Assembly (NCBI GenBank): GCA_963745025.1
Contig: CAVUWD010000011.1
Span: forward strand, 288,001 to 352,000
DNA length: 64,000 bases
Direction: 5' to 3'
Source: an uncultured delta proteobacterium
Lineage (GTDB): Bacteria; Desulfobacterota; Binatia; JACPRU01
Shown: positions 50,468-60,315 of the stretch, piece after piece
Layout: every line of letters begins with the position of its first letter
How positions within the stretch are numbered: position 1 is the first letter of the stretch
The notes under the pieces: generated by a model
What the model saw: the letters and a program-made list of their open reading frames with translations, nothing else
Database searches by the model: none
Told to the model about the DNA's origin: nothing
Program-made: the position numbers and the translations under genes

Positions 50468-52097
50468 GTGTTGCCGCAGCCCCACCAGGAGCTCTTGCTC
50501 AAGGCGGTACTCGCCCCAGGCGACGAAGCGGTCCGCCGCTGGAAGGCATGGCGAGCCGCCAACGACCCCGAGGCGAGTCGAGCGCACAAGTCGCCGCCTG
50601 TTCCCGTCGCGTACCGCAACCTGCGCGACGCTGGGCTCTCGGACCGCGATCTCGCGCTGCTCCGCGAAGCGTACGAGGAGAGCCAGACGAAGATGCACGG
50701 GAAGCTCGCCGCCGCTCGACCCGTGCTGGAAGCCCTCGTCGCAGCAGGGGTCGACCCGCTCGTCCTCAAAGGAGCCGCGCTGACACGATTTTACGCGGGT
50801 GACCCGGCGCTCCGGCCTATGCGGGACGTCGACGTGCTCGTGCCCCCGAGCCAAGTCGAGCGAGCGATCGCGACGCTCTCGGCTCTCGGCTACGAGCCGG
50901 CGGCGGGCATGGCCCTCTCGTGCCTCGCCCGATGCGCGTTCCGGGCCGGTCCGGGCTGGTTGTTCGTCGCTCCGAACGCTCCGGACGTGGACCTGCACTG
51001 GCATGCGCTGCACGAATCCCGCCAGCCGGATGCGGACGACGACTTTTGGCAAGGCGCGATCTCTCTCGACTTCCAGGGCATGAAGGTCAAGGCGATGAAC
51101 GCGACCGACCAGCTTCTCCACGTTTGCGTTCACGGCCTGCAGCGCGAGCTGAGGGAGAACCTCCGCTGGATCGTCGACGCAATCATGATCCTGCGGCACG
51201 AAGCGGAGCCGATCGATTGGCAGCGGCTGCTGGCGCAAGTCGTCGCGGCGTCGTCTGGTACTGCAAGCCCGGTACTGCTTTCAGTATCTGGCCGGGACCT
51301 TCGCGGCTCCGATCCCGCAGCAGGCGCTGGAGCAGCTCCGACGCGCGCGGGTCTCGTGGCTCGAGTGGATGGAGTTTCGCGCGCGGCTCCGCCCCGAGCC
51401 GCGCGGAGCGTTTGCGCAAGCGGTCCTCGCCCACCAACAAGAGGTGCGCCGGGGAGGCAATGCATCGCCCCGGGCGTTTTGCCGCTCGCTGCCGCGCCAT
51501 CTCTGGGGCGCAGCGCGGTGGTGGCAGATGCCCGCCTGGACCGTGCTGGATCGGTTGGGTCTCGATCTCCGCCCGGGCACGACGATGGCGCGCTCCGTCT
51601 TCACGGCTCCGCGCGAGCCCGAGACCCCGATCGCACCACCGGCCTACGAGGTCGGCCAGCGGCTCGTCTTCGGCCGTAACGGTAACGGCCTCCCGGCGCT
51701 ATGCTCCGGATGGTCTTATGCCGAGTCGGTTGGCGTTTGGAGCGAGGGAATCATCGCTCGGTTGGAGTTCGTCCTGCGAGAGCTTTCCGAGGGTCCCTTG
51801 CAGTTGGAAATCGAGCTCGCCGCCGCGATGGTCGGCGAGTCCCATCCGACGCTCGATGTTCACGTCCTCGTCGATTCGTCGCGCGTGGCCCGTTGGCGCC
51901 TCGCGGCACCGTTCGCCGCTCCGGCGATCCAGGAAGTGGCGATCCCCGCGGGTCTGCTCGTGGCTATGCGCCCATGCACGATCGATTTCCGCATCATGCG
52001 ACCGCGCTCGCCCGCGTCCCTCGGGCTGAGCGGAGACCAGAGGCTGCTCGGCATCCATTTGAGCTCGCTTCGCCTCCGCCCGGGCCCCGTTGCGTAG
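50468..52097 (+). CDS. Nucleotidyltransferase family protein (NTP_transf_5-like) with C-terminal beta domain; one frameshift near 51248
   Basis: LVLKGAAL, RPMRDVDVLV, VDLHW, LLHVCVHG, RWIVD; C-terminal GWSYAESVGVWSEG...DQRLLG. Confidence 0.85.
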
Positions 52098-52126
52098 TCG
52101 GGCTCCACGGCGCTATGCGGACGAGC

Positions 52127-52972
52127 ATGGGCCAGGGGATGCTTCGAGGAAAAGTCGCCATCGTGACCGGGGCGGGCAGCCCGATCGGCACGGGCCATGC
52201 GATGGCGCTCGCGCTGGTGCGGGCGGGGGCGCGCGTGGCGTTGCTGGATCTCAACCAGGAATGGCTCGCACGAAGCCTCCGGGAGATCGAAGAGGTCGGC
52301 GGCAGCGGCTCAGCCGTGGCGATCGTAACCGACGTTTCGGACGCCGACGCGGCGGAACGGGCGGTCGACCGCACGATCGCGGAGCTCGGCGGCCTCCACG
52401 TACTCGTCAACAACGCCGGCACCACTCCGCGCGCAAGCGGCTTCAGCACCACCAGCCTGAATTTCTGGGAAGTGCCCGTGGCCGCCTGGGACCGGGTGGT
52501 CGCCGTCAACTTCAGCGGCGCGTTCTACATGGCCCGGGCGGTAGCGGGGCATCTGCTGGCGCAGGGCTGGGGTCGGATCATCGGCGTGACCACGAGCATG
52601 GACACGATGTATCGCAAGCGCGCATCGCCCTACGGGCCGTCCAAGGCCGGGCATGAAGCTCTCGTCGCCCTCATGGCACACGAGCTCGAAGGCAGCGGCG
52701 TGACGGCGAACGTCCTGGTCCCCGGCGGTCCGACCAACACCAACTTCTTCGCCGCCGATGCGAAGGTCGATCGGGCCGCCCTCATTCAACCCGAGGTCAT
52801 GCAAGCGCCGGCAGTCTGGCTCGCCTCCGATGCTTCACAGGCGTTCAACGGCCGACGCATCATCGCGTACTACTGGAACGAGACTCTGCCGCTCGGAGAG
52901 CGGCTCACCAAGGCAAGCGCGCCTGCGGCCTGGCCGCAGCTCGGCGAGCAGGCGATCACCCCACGCCCGTGA
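52127..52972 (+). CDS. SDR family oxidoreductase, copy B (intact)
   Basis: AIVTGAGSPIGTG, VNNAG, YGPSK catalytic YxxxK, PGG. Confidence 0.93.
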   Translation: MGQGMLRGKVAIVTGAGSPIGTGHAMALALVRAGARVALLDLNQEWLARSLREIEEVGGSGSAVAIVTDVSDADAAERAVDRTIAELGGLHVLVNNAGTTPRASGFSTTSLNFWEVPVAAWDRVVAVNFSGAFYMARAVAGHLLAQGWGRIIGVTTSMDTMYRKRASPYGPSKAGHEALVALMAHELEGSGVTANVLVPGGPTNTNFFAADAKVDRAALIQPEVMQAPAVWLASDASQAFNGRRIIAYYWNETLPLGERLTKASAPAAWPQLGEQAITPRP

Positions 52973-54330
52973 AGATCACCAACGCGGAAGTCGACCGGAT
53001 TGCCCGAGCGCTCGGGGATGCACCCAGCGCGGCGTACACGACGCCGCACGTGTACCCGTGGGCCGTGCAGAACTTCGAATCGCGGCCGCTCGCCGAACGC
53101 CCACAGCCGGCGACCGGCGATCTCCGACTCTACGTCCACATCCCCTTCTGCAACTACCGCTGTACGTTCTGCTTCTTCGCCGTGCGCGTCGGCGCCAAGC
53201 AGCGGGAAATGGAGCGGTACGTGGCCGCGCTCGAGCGAGAGCTCGAGTGGGTGGCGTCGGGGACCTCGCTCTCACAGTTGTTCATCGGCGGGGGCACGCC
53301 GACCTCTCTGCCCTCCGATCTTCTCGCGGCCCTTCTCGCCGCGATCTTCGCGCGTATGACGTCGTCCGCTGAGCGCCCTCACACCGTGGAGGCGTCCCCG
53401 GAATCGATCCGTGAGGTACACCTGCGCGCGCTGCAGGATCACGGCGTCGGCCGGGTGAGCATGGGCATCGAGAGCCTTGACGACGCGGTGTTGGACGCCG
53501 TGCGCCGCCGCCACAGCCCCGCCCAGGCGCTCGATGCATGTCGACTGGTCGTGGACAGTGGCCTGCTCCTGAACATCGACCTAATCTACGGCCTTCCCGG
53601 TCAGACGGAGGCGAGCTTCCAGCGCGATCTCGAAGCGGTCGCCGCCGCTGGGGTTCACTCGCTCTGCTTGTACGTCTTGCGACTCAACGAGCACACGCCG
53701 GTCGCAGCGCGGCTCGCCGCCGAGGAGCGACTCGACCTAAAGCGGCTGATGCGCTGGCGCGCGTTCGTGACCCGCGCCGCCGAAGAGCTGGGATTCGAGC
53801 AGACGCGTTGCTTCATGTTTGAGCGCCGTCCCACGACCCGGCCGGAGCAGTCGCCGACCTCCGCGGCCGCCGGCACGGTCGACCAACTCGGCATCGGCAT
53901 GAGCGCGCGCTCCCAGCTCGGGAACGTGGTCTACCGCAACCACGAGCGGTGTGAAACGTACTTGCAGCGGATGGAACGAGGCCTGAGCCCCGTCGAGACG
54001 GTGTTCCACCTGGACGTCGCCGACCGCAAGACGCAGTTCGTCGCGGGCTCCCTCGGTTGCGGCAAGGCGCTCTCGCGCGTCGCCTACGAGCACGCGTTCG
54101 GCGCTTCGATCGACACCGACTTCGGCGAGCTGCTCGAGCGCCTCCGCCACGCGGAGCTGATCGAGGACGACGGCGCACGGGTCGTGCTGACCGAGCCGGG
54201 AAAGCTCGTCTACGACCGCGTGCTGCTCTGCTTCTACCCTGAGCGCGCCAAGCGGTGGCTGCGAGACTGGGCCGCCATGCCGAAGGTTCATCGCAGCGGC
54301 TCGGGGCGAGCCTCGGGTCTCGCCGGCTAG
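52969..54330 (+). CDS. HemN-like (class C) radical SAM enzyme, copy B
   Basis: Same motifs as copy A; GTGA overlap with the SDR stop. Confidence 0.9.
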   Translation: MKITNAEVDRIARALGDAPSAAYTTPHVYPWAVQNFESRPLAERPQPATGDLRLYVHIPFCNYRCTFCFFAVRVGAKQREMERYVAALERELEWVASGTSLSQLFIGGGTPTSLPSDLLAALLAAIFARMTSSAERPHTVEASPESIREVHLRALQDHGVGRVSMGIESLDDAVLDAVRRRHSPAQALDACRLVVDSGLLLNIDLIYGLPGQTEASFQRDLEAVAAAGVHSLCLYVLRLNEHTPVAARLAAEERLDLKRLMRWRAFVTRAAEELGFEQTRCFMFERRPTTRPEQSPTSAAAGTVDQLGIGMSARSQLGNVVYRNHERCETYLQRMERGLSPVETVFHLDVADRKTQFVAGSLGCGKALSRVAYEHAFGASIDTDFGELLERLRHAELIEDDGARVVLTEPGKLVYDRVLLCFYPERAKRWLRDWAAMPKVHRSGSGRASGLAG

Positions 54331-54554
54331 CGCCGAGCTTCGCTCCACGCAAGACGCTACGCCGAGGCAGGTGAGCTCAATAAGCACGTATTCCCGTCGA
54401 TCGGGAAGAGTCCGCTTCGCAATTCCCAGGACATACCTTCCCGGGGACAAATACTACTCGGATCCAGCCATCCAGATGATATTCGGATCCGACAGTGTCG
54501 TGGGAGAACCATCTAGATGGATGCCCGGGAGTCTCGCCCTTCCGCGGCTGCTGC

Positions 54555-54680
54555 TCATTGATTGTCGAGCGGAGCGTAAACCAACTCGCCGCCGTCTACG
54601 ACAAACGTCTGCCCCGTCGCGTAGGCACCGGCAGGACTCGCCAGGTACAGCGCGATGCCCGCGATCTCGCTGCGACATCG
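54555..54680 (-). pseudogene. SDR C-terminal remnant
   Basis: [27 protein letters not shown]. Confidence 0.65.
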
Positions 54681-54766
54681 CCGGCCACGGGTCTGCCGCC
54701 CGGTTAGCAAATGATCGGCAACCCTTCTTGTGGCCATCGCATTCTCGGCATCTCGCACGCGCTCAC

Positions 54767-56167
54767 TCATATCGAGTTGAGGAAGTCGATCAGTTGCCGC
54801 TGCTCGCGTGCGGATAGCGCCTGGAAGGCGGCTGCCGCGGCCTCCCCCTGACCCGCATGCAGACTGATGGCTTCGGCAATCGTGCTGGCGCGGCCGTCGT
54901 GCAGAAAACGGGAGCGAGCGCGCACCCCCCACAATGGTGCCGTACGCATCATCGTCGGACCTGCCGTTCCTGAGGTTATCCCGTCACCCAGCGACCCCAT
55001 GTCGTGCAGCAGGAAGTCGGAGTACGGATGGAAGGTCCGATTGGCGAGGGCCGCGTTGAGCGTCGAGCTGATCGGTACGCCGCCAGTGGTCGGCGGAATG
55101 AACGACGCTGGATTCCGCGCAGTGGTCAGGCTTGGCCTGTGACAGGCGTGGCAGCCGATCTCTTTGAATAGGAGGGCGCCATTACCCCCACTAGAATCTC
55201 GAACGGTGGGCGGCGCGTCCAGCGCCCGCATGAAATCGGTGAACCGGTCGATGTCGGCCCGACCGTCCGCTTCCGTGGGATCCTCCGGGTCCTCACTCAC
55301 CTGCAACACGATACCGAACTGCTGCTCCCCGAGCGCGCAGTTGCTCACCTCCGTCGGACTGTCCGGATTCGTGATGCCCATCTCGTTGAGGTACGCATCC
55401 GCGGAGAACGCGCGCAAAGTCGCGTGGTCGTCCTTCCAGCCAAAGCGCGCGACGCGTTGCGCGCCGTGCTCGGTGACCAGCCGAAGCGTCCCGCGTACCG
55501 CCGACGGCTGGCGTTGCGCCAACTGCTCGAAGGTCGAGTCCGCGACCGCCTCGACCAGGCCTAAGCCAAAGAGTGGGCTTGTGGCTCGCCCGGCGACGCA
55601 GTTTTCACCGCTGGCAAAGTCGGCGCTGCTCGGGTCGCAGGTCGGCAAGCTCGTACGAAAGGTAGTCTTTGCCGCCTCTTCTACTTGGCAGGGCGAGAGC
55701 TGGCATCCCGGCGCGGTTAGCTGACAACCCAACGGCTCCGCCACAATTCCGCTGGTGAAGATGGGGGTACCGCCCTGTGACTGCGGGCCTTGGCGCAGCA
55801 TATTGTCGGCCGCGAAAATGTGTACCGGGCCGGGCTGGGTGTTGTCCCGCACCCGGATCACGTTGACGAACAAGCCCGCGCCGCCAATTGCCGGCTGCGA
55901 GTGACACCCGGCGCACGACACACCGTTGAAGACCGGTCCTATCTGCGGCAGCGTTTCGATTTCTTTGAAGTTGAACTGTCCGGCGGCAAAGATTCGCCGA
56001 TCGTTCGGATCTTGCGCGACCGCCGACAGGGGCGCACCGGAGCCGGTCAGATGAACTACCTCCGGCATTTGTCCACGGTTATTTCGATTCGCCGGTCCAG
56101 CGTAAGCGCTGGCCGCGCCCAGTAAACACGCGAGACAGATAATTTGTACGATTCGCCGAAAACTCAT
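54767..56167 (-). CDS. Exported di-heme oxidoreductase (DHOR-like) protein
   Basis: Signal peptide, [57 protein letters not shown]. Confidence 0.9.
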   Translation of the reverse strand: MSFRRIVQIICLACLLGAASAYAGPANRNNRGQMPEVVHLTGSGAPLSAVAQDPNDRRIFAAGQFNFKEIETLPQIGPVFNGVSCAGCHSQPAIGGAGLFVNVIRVRDNTQPGPVHIFAADNMLRQGPQSQGGTPIFTSGIVAEPLGCQLTAPGCQLSPCQVEEAAKTTFRTSLPTCDPSSADFASGENCVAGRATSPLFGLGLVEAVADSTFEQLAQRQPSAVRGTLRLVTEHGAQRVARFGWKDDHATLRAFSADAYLNEMGITNPDSPTEVSNCALGEQQFGIVLQVSEDPEDPTEADGRADIDRFTDFMRALDAPPTVRDSSGGNGALLFKEIGCHACHRPSLTTARNPASFIPPTTGGVPISSTLNAALANRTFHPYSDFLLHDMGSLGDGITSGTAGPTMMRTAPLWGVRARSRFLHDGRASTIAEAISLHAGQGEAAAAAFQALSAREQRQLIDFLNSI

Positions 56168-56347
56168 TCTTCCTCCCGCCCTCCCGCGCGTGCAGTCCGC
56201 GCGGCTTATTTCCAGGGCAAAGCCCAGGTTGGAGGATCGCTGCCAGAAGCGGCCGAATGCCACATGAACTGCGATCTCGGACGCTGGGGTCTCCTCCTTC
56301 CTGCTGCATCTCGCCCAGCCTTACGGTCGTATCGTCCTTGTCGATCG

Positions 56348-56413
56348 TCACCTTCTTGCTGCGGCAACGTCTGGGACGCCGAGGAGGATGGAGGTGAGGC
56401 GGTGCAGTGCCAT
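56348..56413 (-). pseudogene. VOC/glyoxalase 5' remnant
   Basis: MALHRLTSILLGVPDV immediately after the FAH gene, then a stop. Confidence 0.55.
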
Positions 56414-56427
56414 CGTTGGCCTCGCCT

Positions 56428-57276
56428 TCAGCGGTCCGCGGGCGCGGCGACGAGGTGGTTGCGCAGAGTGCCGATGCCTTCGACGTAGCTGGTCAGTACT
56501 TCCCCCGGCCTCAGGAAGCGCGGGGGCTTTCGCGTGGCGCCGATGCCCGCCGGGGTGCCGGTGAAGATCACGTCTCCCGGAAGCAGCGGCAAAACCGCCG
56601 AGAGCTCGGCGACGAGGCGCGAGACCCCGAACACCATGTTGGACGTGCGGCTCTTCTGCACCGTCTCGCCGTCGATCGCGCAGCCGAGCTCGAGGTCGTC
56701 GCGGTTCGGAACCTCGTCGGGCGTCACCAGCCATGGCCCCATGGGTCCGAATCCGGGAAACGACTTGCCGAGCGAGAACTGTCCCGCTCCCGCCCACTGG
56801 ACGATCCGCTCGGAGAGATCCTGGCCGACCGTGAGACCCGCGACGTGGTCCCAGGCGGCGCTCTCGGCCACGCGGTAGGCGCGGATGCCGATCACCACAA
56901 CGAGCTCGACTTCCCAGTCGACGTTGGGGGAGGGCAGCCGCACCTCGGCCGCGGGCGCAGTGATGCAGGTCGGGAACTTGGTGAACACGGCCGGGGTCGA
57001 CGGGACGGGCAGCCCGGCTTCCGCCGCGTGCGCCTTGTAGTTGAGACCGATCCCGAACACTTGCGTAGGTCGCGGCGACGGGGCGCCGAGATCCGCTTCG
57101 ACGATGGGTCGGTCTCCGCGGTCGCTCTGCGCGTCCGCCCAGCGACGGAAATCCGCCCACTGCGTGAGCACGGCATGGGGGTCCGCAGGAAATCGCCCGT
57201 GCGAGGCCGTCTCGACGTCGATCGCGCCCGCGCCTGCGACGATCGCCGCGCGCCCTGCCAAATTTGCGAATTTCAT
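56428..57276 (-). CDS. Fumarylacetoacetate hydrolase family protein
   Basis: GIGLNYKAH, VDWEVEL, QDLSER, GKSF, PGDVIFTGTPAG. Confidence 0.94.
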   Translation of the reverse strand: MKFANLAGRAAIVAGAGAIDVETASHGRFPADPHAVLTQWADFRRWADAQSDRGDRPIVEADLGAPSPRPTQVFGIGLNYKAHAAEAGLPVPSTPAVFTKFPTCITAPAAEVRLPSPNVDWEVELVVVIGIRAYRVAESAAWDHVAGLTVGQDLSERIVQWAGAGQFSLGKSFPGFGPMGPWLVTPDEVPNRDDLELGCAIDGETVQKSRTSNMVFGVSRLVAELSAVLPLLPGDVIFTGTPAGIGATRKPPRFLRPGEVLTSYVEGIGTLRNHLVAAPADR

Positions 57277-57741
57277 TGCGTTGATTTCCTTCTGATCGCC
57301 GGCTCACCCTGAGCCCTGTGCGAGGCCCCCGGTGGTCAGCAGCAGCGTGCTGACGCCGACAACCCTCACCGCAGTTGCGACCTTCTTCATTGTCATCCTC
57401 ATTGTCATCTCAGATCCTACGGGTGAAAAATCGCCCAGGCAACGTCAACGATTCGCACGGGACCGTTGCGATCGACAGCCATAGCGCCACACAAGCTTCG
57501 CGCCCCACATGACGCGAGCCATCGGGCGCTGGTTGCGTGTTCTCGGTTACGCACTTCTCGACAACCAGATCAGCCTATCCTGCGGCATCATGACGCTGAA
57601 ACACGTCGTCGAACCTCTCGATCACTTCGGAGGTGTTTGTGTAGTCCATGACAGCTTCACTGTTTGTGACACGCGACGAAGCGCGGAAGCGCGGTTGACA
57701 GGTTGTTCGCGGGCAAGGTAGGGCCCACCCGGAGGTTGACC

Positions 57742-58572
57742 ATGCCTTGTTGGAACGTCGAAGAACGCGACGGGATCGTCGTCGCCGCGCACAATAACCC
57801 GCCGATGAACTACCTCGTCAGCGAGGGGACGGCCGAGCTCGCCGACCTCGTCGAGAGCTGGCGTCGGCCGGAAGTACGGGTGGTCGTGATCACCGGCGCT
57901 CCCAAGGACAAGTACATCACGCATTACAGCGTCGAGGAGCTCGTCAAGCTCGGGGACGACCCCCATCGGCTCCGACAGCTCGCCCGCGGGCTCGTCTTCG
58001 GGTATCACACGCTGCTCCGTTCGCTCGCCTATCTCGACAAGCCCGTCATCGCCGCGATGAACGGGGACACGATGGGCGCCGGGCTCGAGCTATCACTGAA
58101 TTGCGACATCCGGATCGCCCAGCGAGGAGACTTCCGCATCGGCTTCCCCGAGGTGGCGCTCGGCATCCTGACCGGCACGGGCTCGCAACTGCTGGCGCGA
58201 ATGATCGGCGTCGGGCGCGCGCTCGACTTCCTGCTGCGCAGCCGCACGGTCAGTCCAGAAGGAGCGCTGGAGCTCGGCATCGTCAACGAGCTCGCCACGG
58301 ACGCACGGGCACGCGCCCTCGAGGTCGCCGAAGGCTTGAAGTGCCTCTCACCGGTGTCCGTGGTCGCCGCCAAGCGCTCGATCGTGCGCGGCGCGAACCT
58401 GCCGATCGAAGAGGGCCTTCAGATCGAGGGCGAGGAGTGGTTGAAGACGATTGTCACCGACGAGGCCATGCGGCTCATGCGGGACTACGTCGCACAGCCA
58501 TTCGAGAAGCGCAGGGAGTGGATCCGCGCGCACGGCGTACCGCCCGCAGCCGGGAGCGCCACCGGAGCTTGA
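57742..58572 (+). CDS. Enoyl-CoA hydratase/isomerase family protein
   Basis: KPVIAAMNG.TMGAGLE, CDIRIA, FPEVALG; GGAGG RBS. Confidence 0.9.
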   Translation: MPCWNVEERDGIVVAAHNNPPMNYLVSEGTAELADLVESWRRPEVRVVVITGAPKDKYITHYSVEELVKLGDDPHRLRQLARGLVFGYHTLLRSLAYLDKPVIAAMNGDTMGAGLELSLNCDIRIAQRGDFRIGFPEVALGILTGTGSQLLARMIGVGRALDFLLRSRTVSPEGALELGIVNELATDARARALEVAEGLKCLSPVSVVAAKRSIVRGANLPIEEGLQIEGEEWLKTIVTDEAMRLMRDYVAQPFEKRREWIRAHGVPPAAGSATGA

Positions 58573-59016
58573 GCGTCGCCCGAAGCCCGGGGACGGTCCG
58601 CCTCAGTCCGTGGAGCAGATCACGGCCAGCGAAGCAACGGGAATGAGCGCGCCGCGTGTGACCCGCACCCGATCAGTTTTCGCACCACTCTCGAGGAGAC
58701 GGACGCGGTCGGTTGTGGTCGGCCCGTACTCGAGTCGATCACAATCGACCGCAACCGCGCGGAGCGCGGAAGACAATCACCCTCGACACTGGTCTATTGT
58801 CTTCCGCGCTTGCGCGCGGTGGCTGGATTTTCCGGTCGACCCGAATCCGGGCCGACCGGAAAGTCCAGCGCTTCCGGATCTCGAGCGCCGGAGGCGAAGA
58901 CTGAGGCATCACGCGCCGCGATCGCCGCGCGACATCGCCCTCCCCTTTGCTGGGATCCGCGGCGTCCGTTTCGCCCGCGTGACGCCCGGCCCAGCGGCCT
59001 AGCCTCGGAGAGGAAC

Positions 59017-59898
59017 ATGGAAACCGGAAAATTCCGCGGTTTCGAAATATCGATCCACGATCCCGGGATCGCGCTCGTGACGTTCGATCGGCCCGAGCGC
59101 CTGAATGGCACGACGCAGCACATGAAACGCGACCTGGTCGAGACGCTTCTCCAGGTGCAGATGGACGACACGATCCGGGTCATCGTCTTCACCGGCTCCG
59201 GGAGAGCATTCTCCGCCGGGGACGACATCACCGGGCGCGCCGTGGAGTACCCGGGAGCCCGGGCGCTCGTCCCCGACATCCCGCCGGGACACGATCACCC
59301 GACGGGAACGTATAACGGGCTGCGGGCGATCTCGCAGCCGCTGAACCTGGCGGTGAGGAATCTCGACAAGCTCACGATCGCCGCGGTCAACGGTGTGGCG
59401 ATCCAGACGGGTCTCTCGCTCGCCCTCGCCTGCGACTTCCGCATCGCCTCTACGGAGGCGATGCTCGGGAGTGCGACGCTCCGCTTCGGATTCCTGCCCG
59501 ACGAGGGCGGGCAGTTCCTCCTCGTGCAGCTGATCGGCGTCGCGAAGACGATGGACTTCCTGATGCGGAAGCGGATCGTATCGGCCGCCGAGGCGCTGGA
59601 GCTCGGTCTCGTCCACGAGGTGGTACCGCCCTCGGAGCTGATGCTCCGAGCAATGGACCTCGCCCGCGAGCTGGCGGAAGGACCGCAGGTCGCGATGCGC
59701 ATGCTGAAGCGGTCGATCTACAACGCCGCCGAGATGACGTTCGCTCAGGCGCTCGACGAGATCGCAGCGAAGACGGCTGTCAGCGACCATCACCCCGACG
59801 CCGCGGAGGGCGTGAAGGCGTTCCAGGAGAAGCGGGCTCCGCGCTTCAACCGCTGGATCGAGGAGCGTAGATCGGCCGCAGCCAAATCGCCGCGCTAG
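59017..59898 (+). CDS. Enoyl-CoA hydratase/isomerase family protein (PaaG-like, no catalytic Glu pair)
   Basis: FSAGDDI, IAAVNG, LACDFRIA, GFLPDEGG, EGVKAFQEKRAPRF. Confidence 0.9.
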   Translation: METGKFRGFEISIHDPGIALVTFDRPERLNGTTQHMKRDLVETLLQVQMDDTIRVIVFTGSGRAFSAGDDITGRAVEYPGARALVPDIPPGHDHPTGTYNGLRAISQPLNLAVRNLDKLTIAAVNGVAIQTGLSLALACDFRIASTEAMLGSATLRFGFLPDEGGQFLLVQLIGVAKTMDFLMRKRIVSAAEALELGLVHEVVPPSELMLRAMDLARELAEGPQVAMRMLKRSIYNAAEMTFAQALDEIAAKTAVSDHHPDAAEGVKAFQEKRAPRFNRWIEERRSAAAKSPR

Positions 59899-60012
59899 AA
59901 GAAGTGCGGGATGTCCCGTTCGCTGTCGAACCTTGGCAATTCCTTGATCGCGGTCTCAGCCTCGATCAACAACACCAACTCAGGAGTGGACCTCGAATGC
60001 TCGAACCTGGGG

Positions 60013-60315
60013 CTACGTCATCGCCGAGACCGACTCGACCGAGTATCGCTTGATCGCTGACGGCCCGGCGAGAAGCCCTGGAAGCTGCTGCCGGAAGACT
60101 CGCATGTGCTCGGTTTGAAAATGGTGCGCCAACGCCTCGTCACTCTCCCATTCCTCGAAGATGAGGATCGTGTTCGGGTCCTCGAGATCGGCCGAGAACT
60201 GGTAGGTGATGCAGCCCTGCTCCTTCCGGGTGGCTTCTGCCATCGCGAGCGCTGCGCGTATTGCGTCCTGGCGTCGTTCCGGACGGACCAGCACTTTTCC
60301 TGTGACTACGGTCAT
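60013..60315 (-). CDS. Putative quinol monooxygenase (ABM domain)
   Basis: TRKEQGCITY, FEEWESDEAL.HHFQTEH; AAGGAG RBS. Confidence 0.88.
   Translation of the reverse strand: MTVVTGKVLVRPERRQDAIRAALAMAEATRKEQGCITYQFSADLEDPNTILIFEEWESDEALAHHFQTEHMRVFRQQLPGLLAGPSAIKRYSVESVSAMT

Larger units (their letters stand above)
45625..54300 (+). repeat. Copy B of the tandemly duplicated biosynthetic cluster
   Basis: Upstream region CGATTGGATTTG...TTAGAGAT shared with 36150-36190; same gene order as copy A. Confidence 0.92.
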
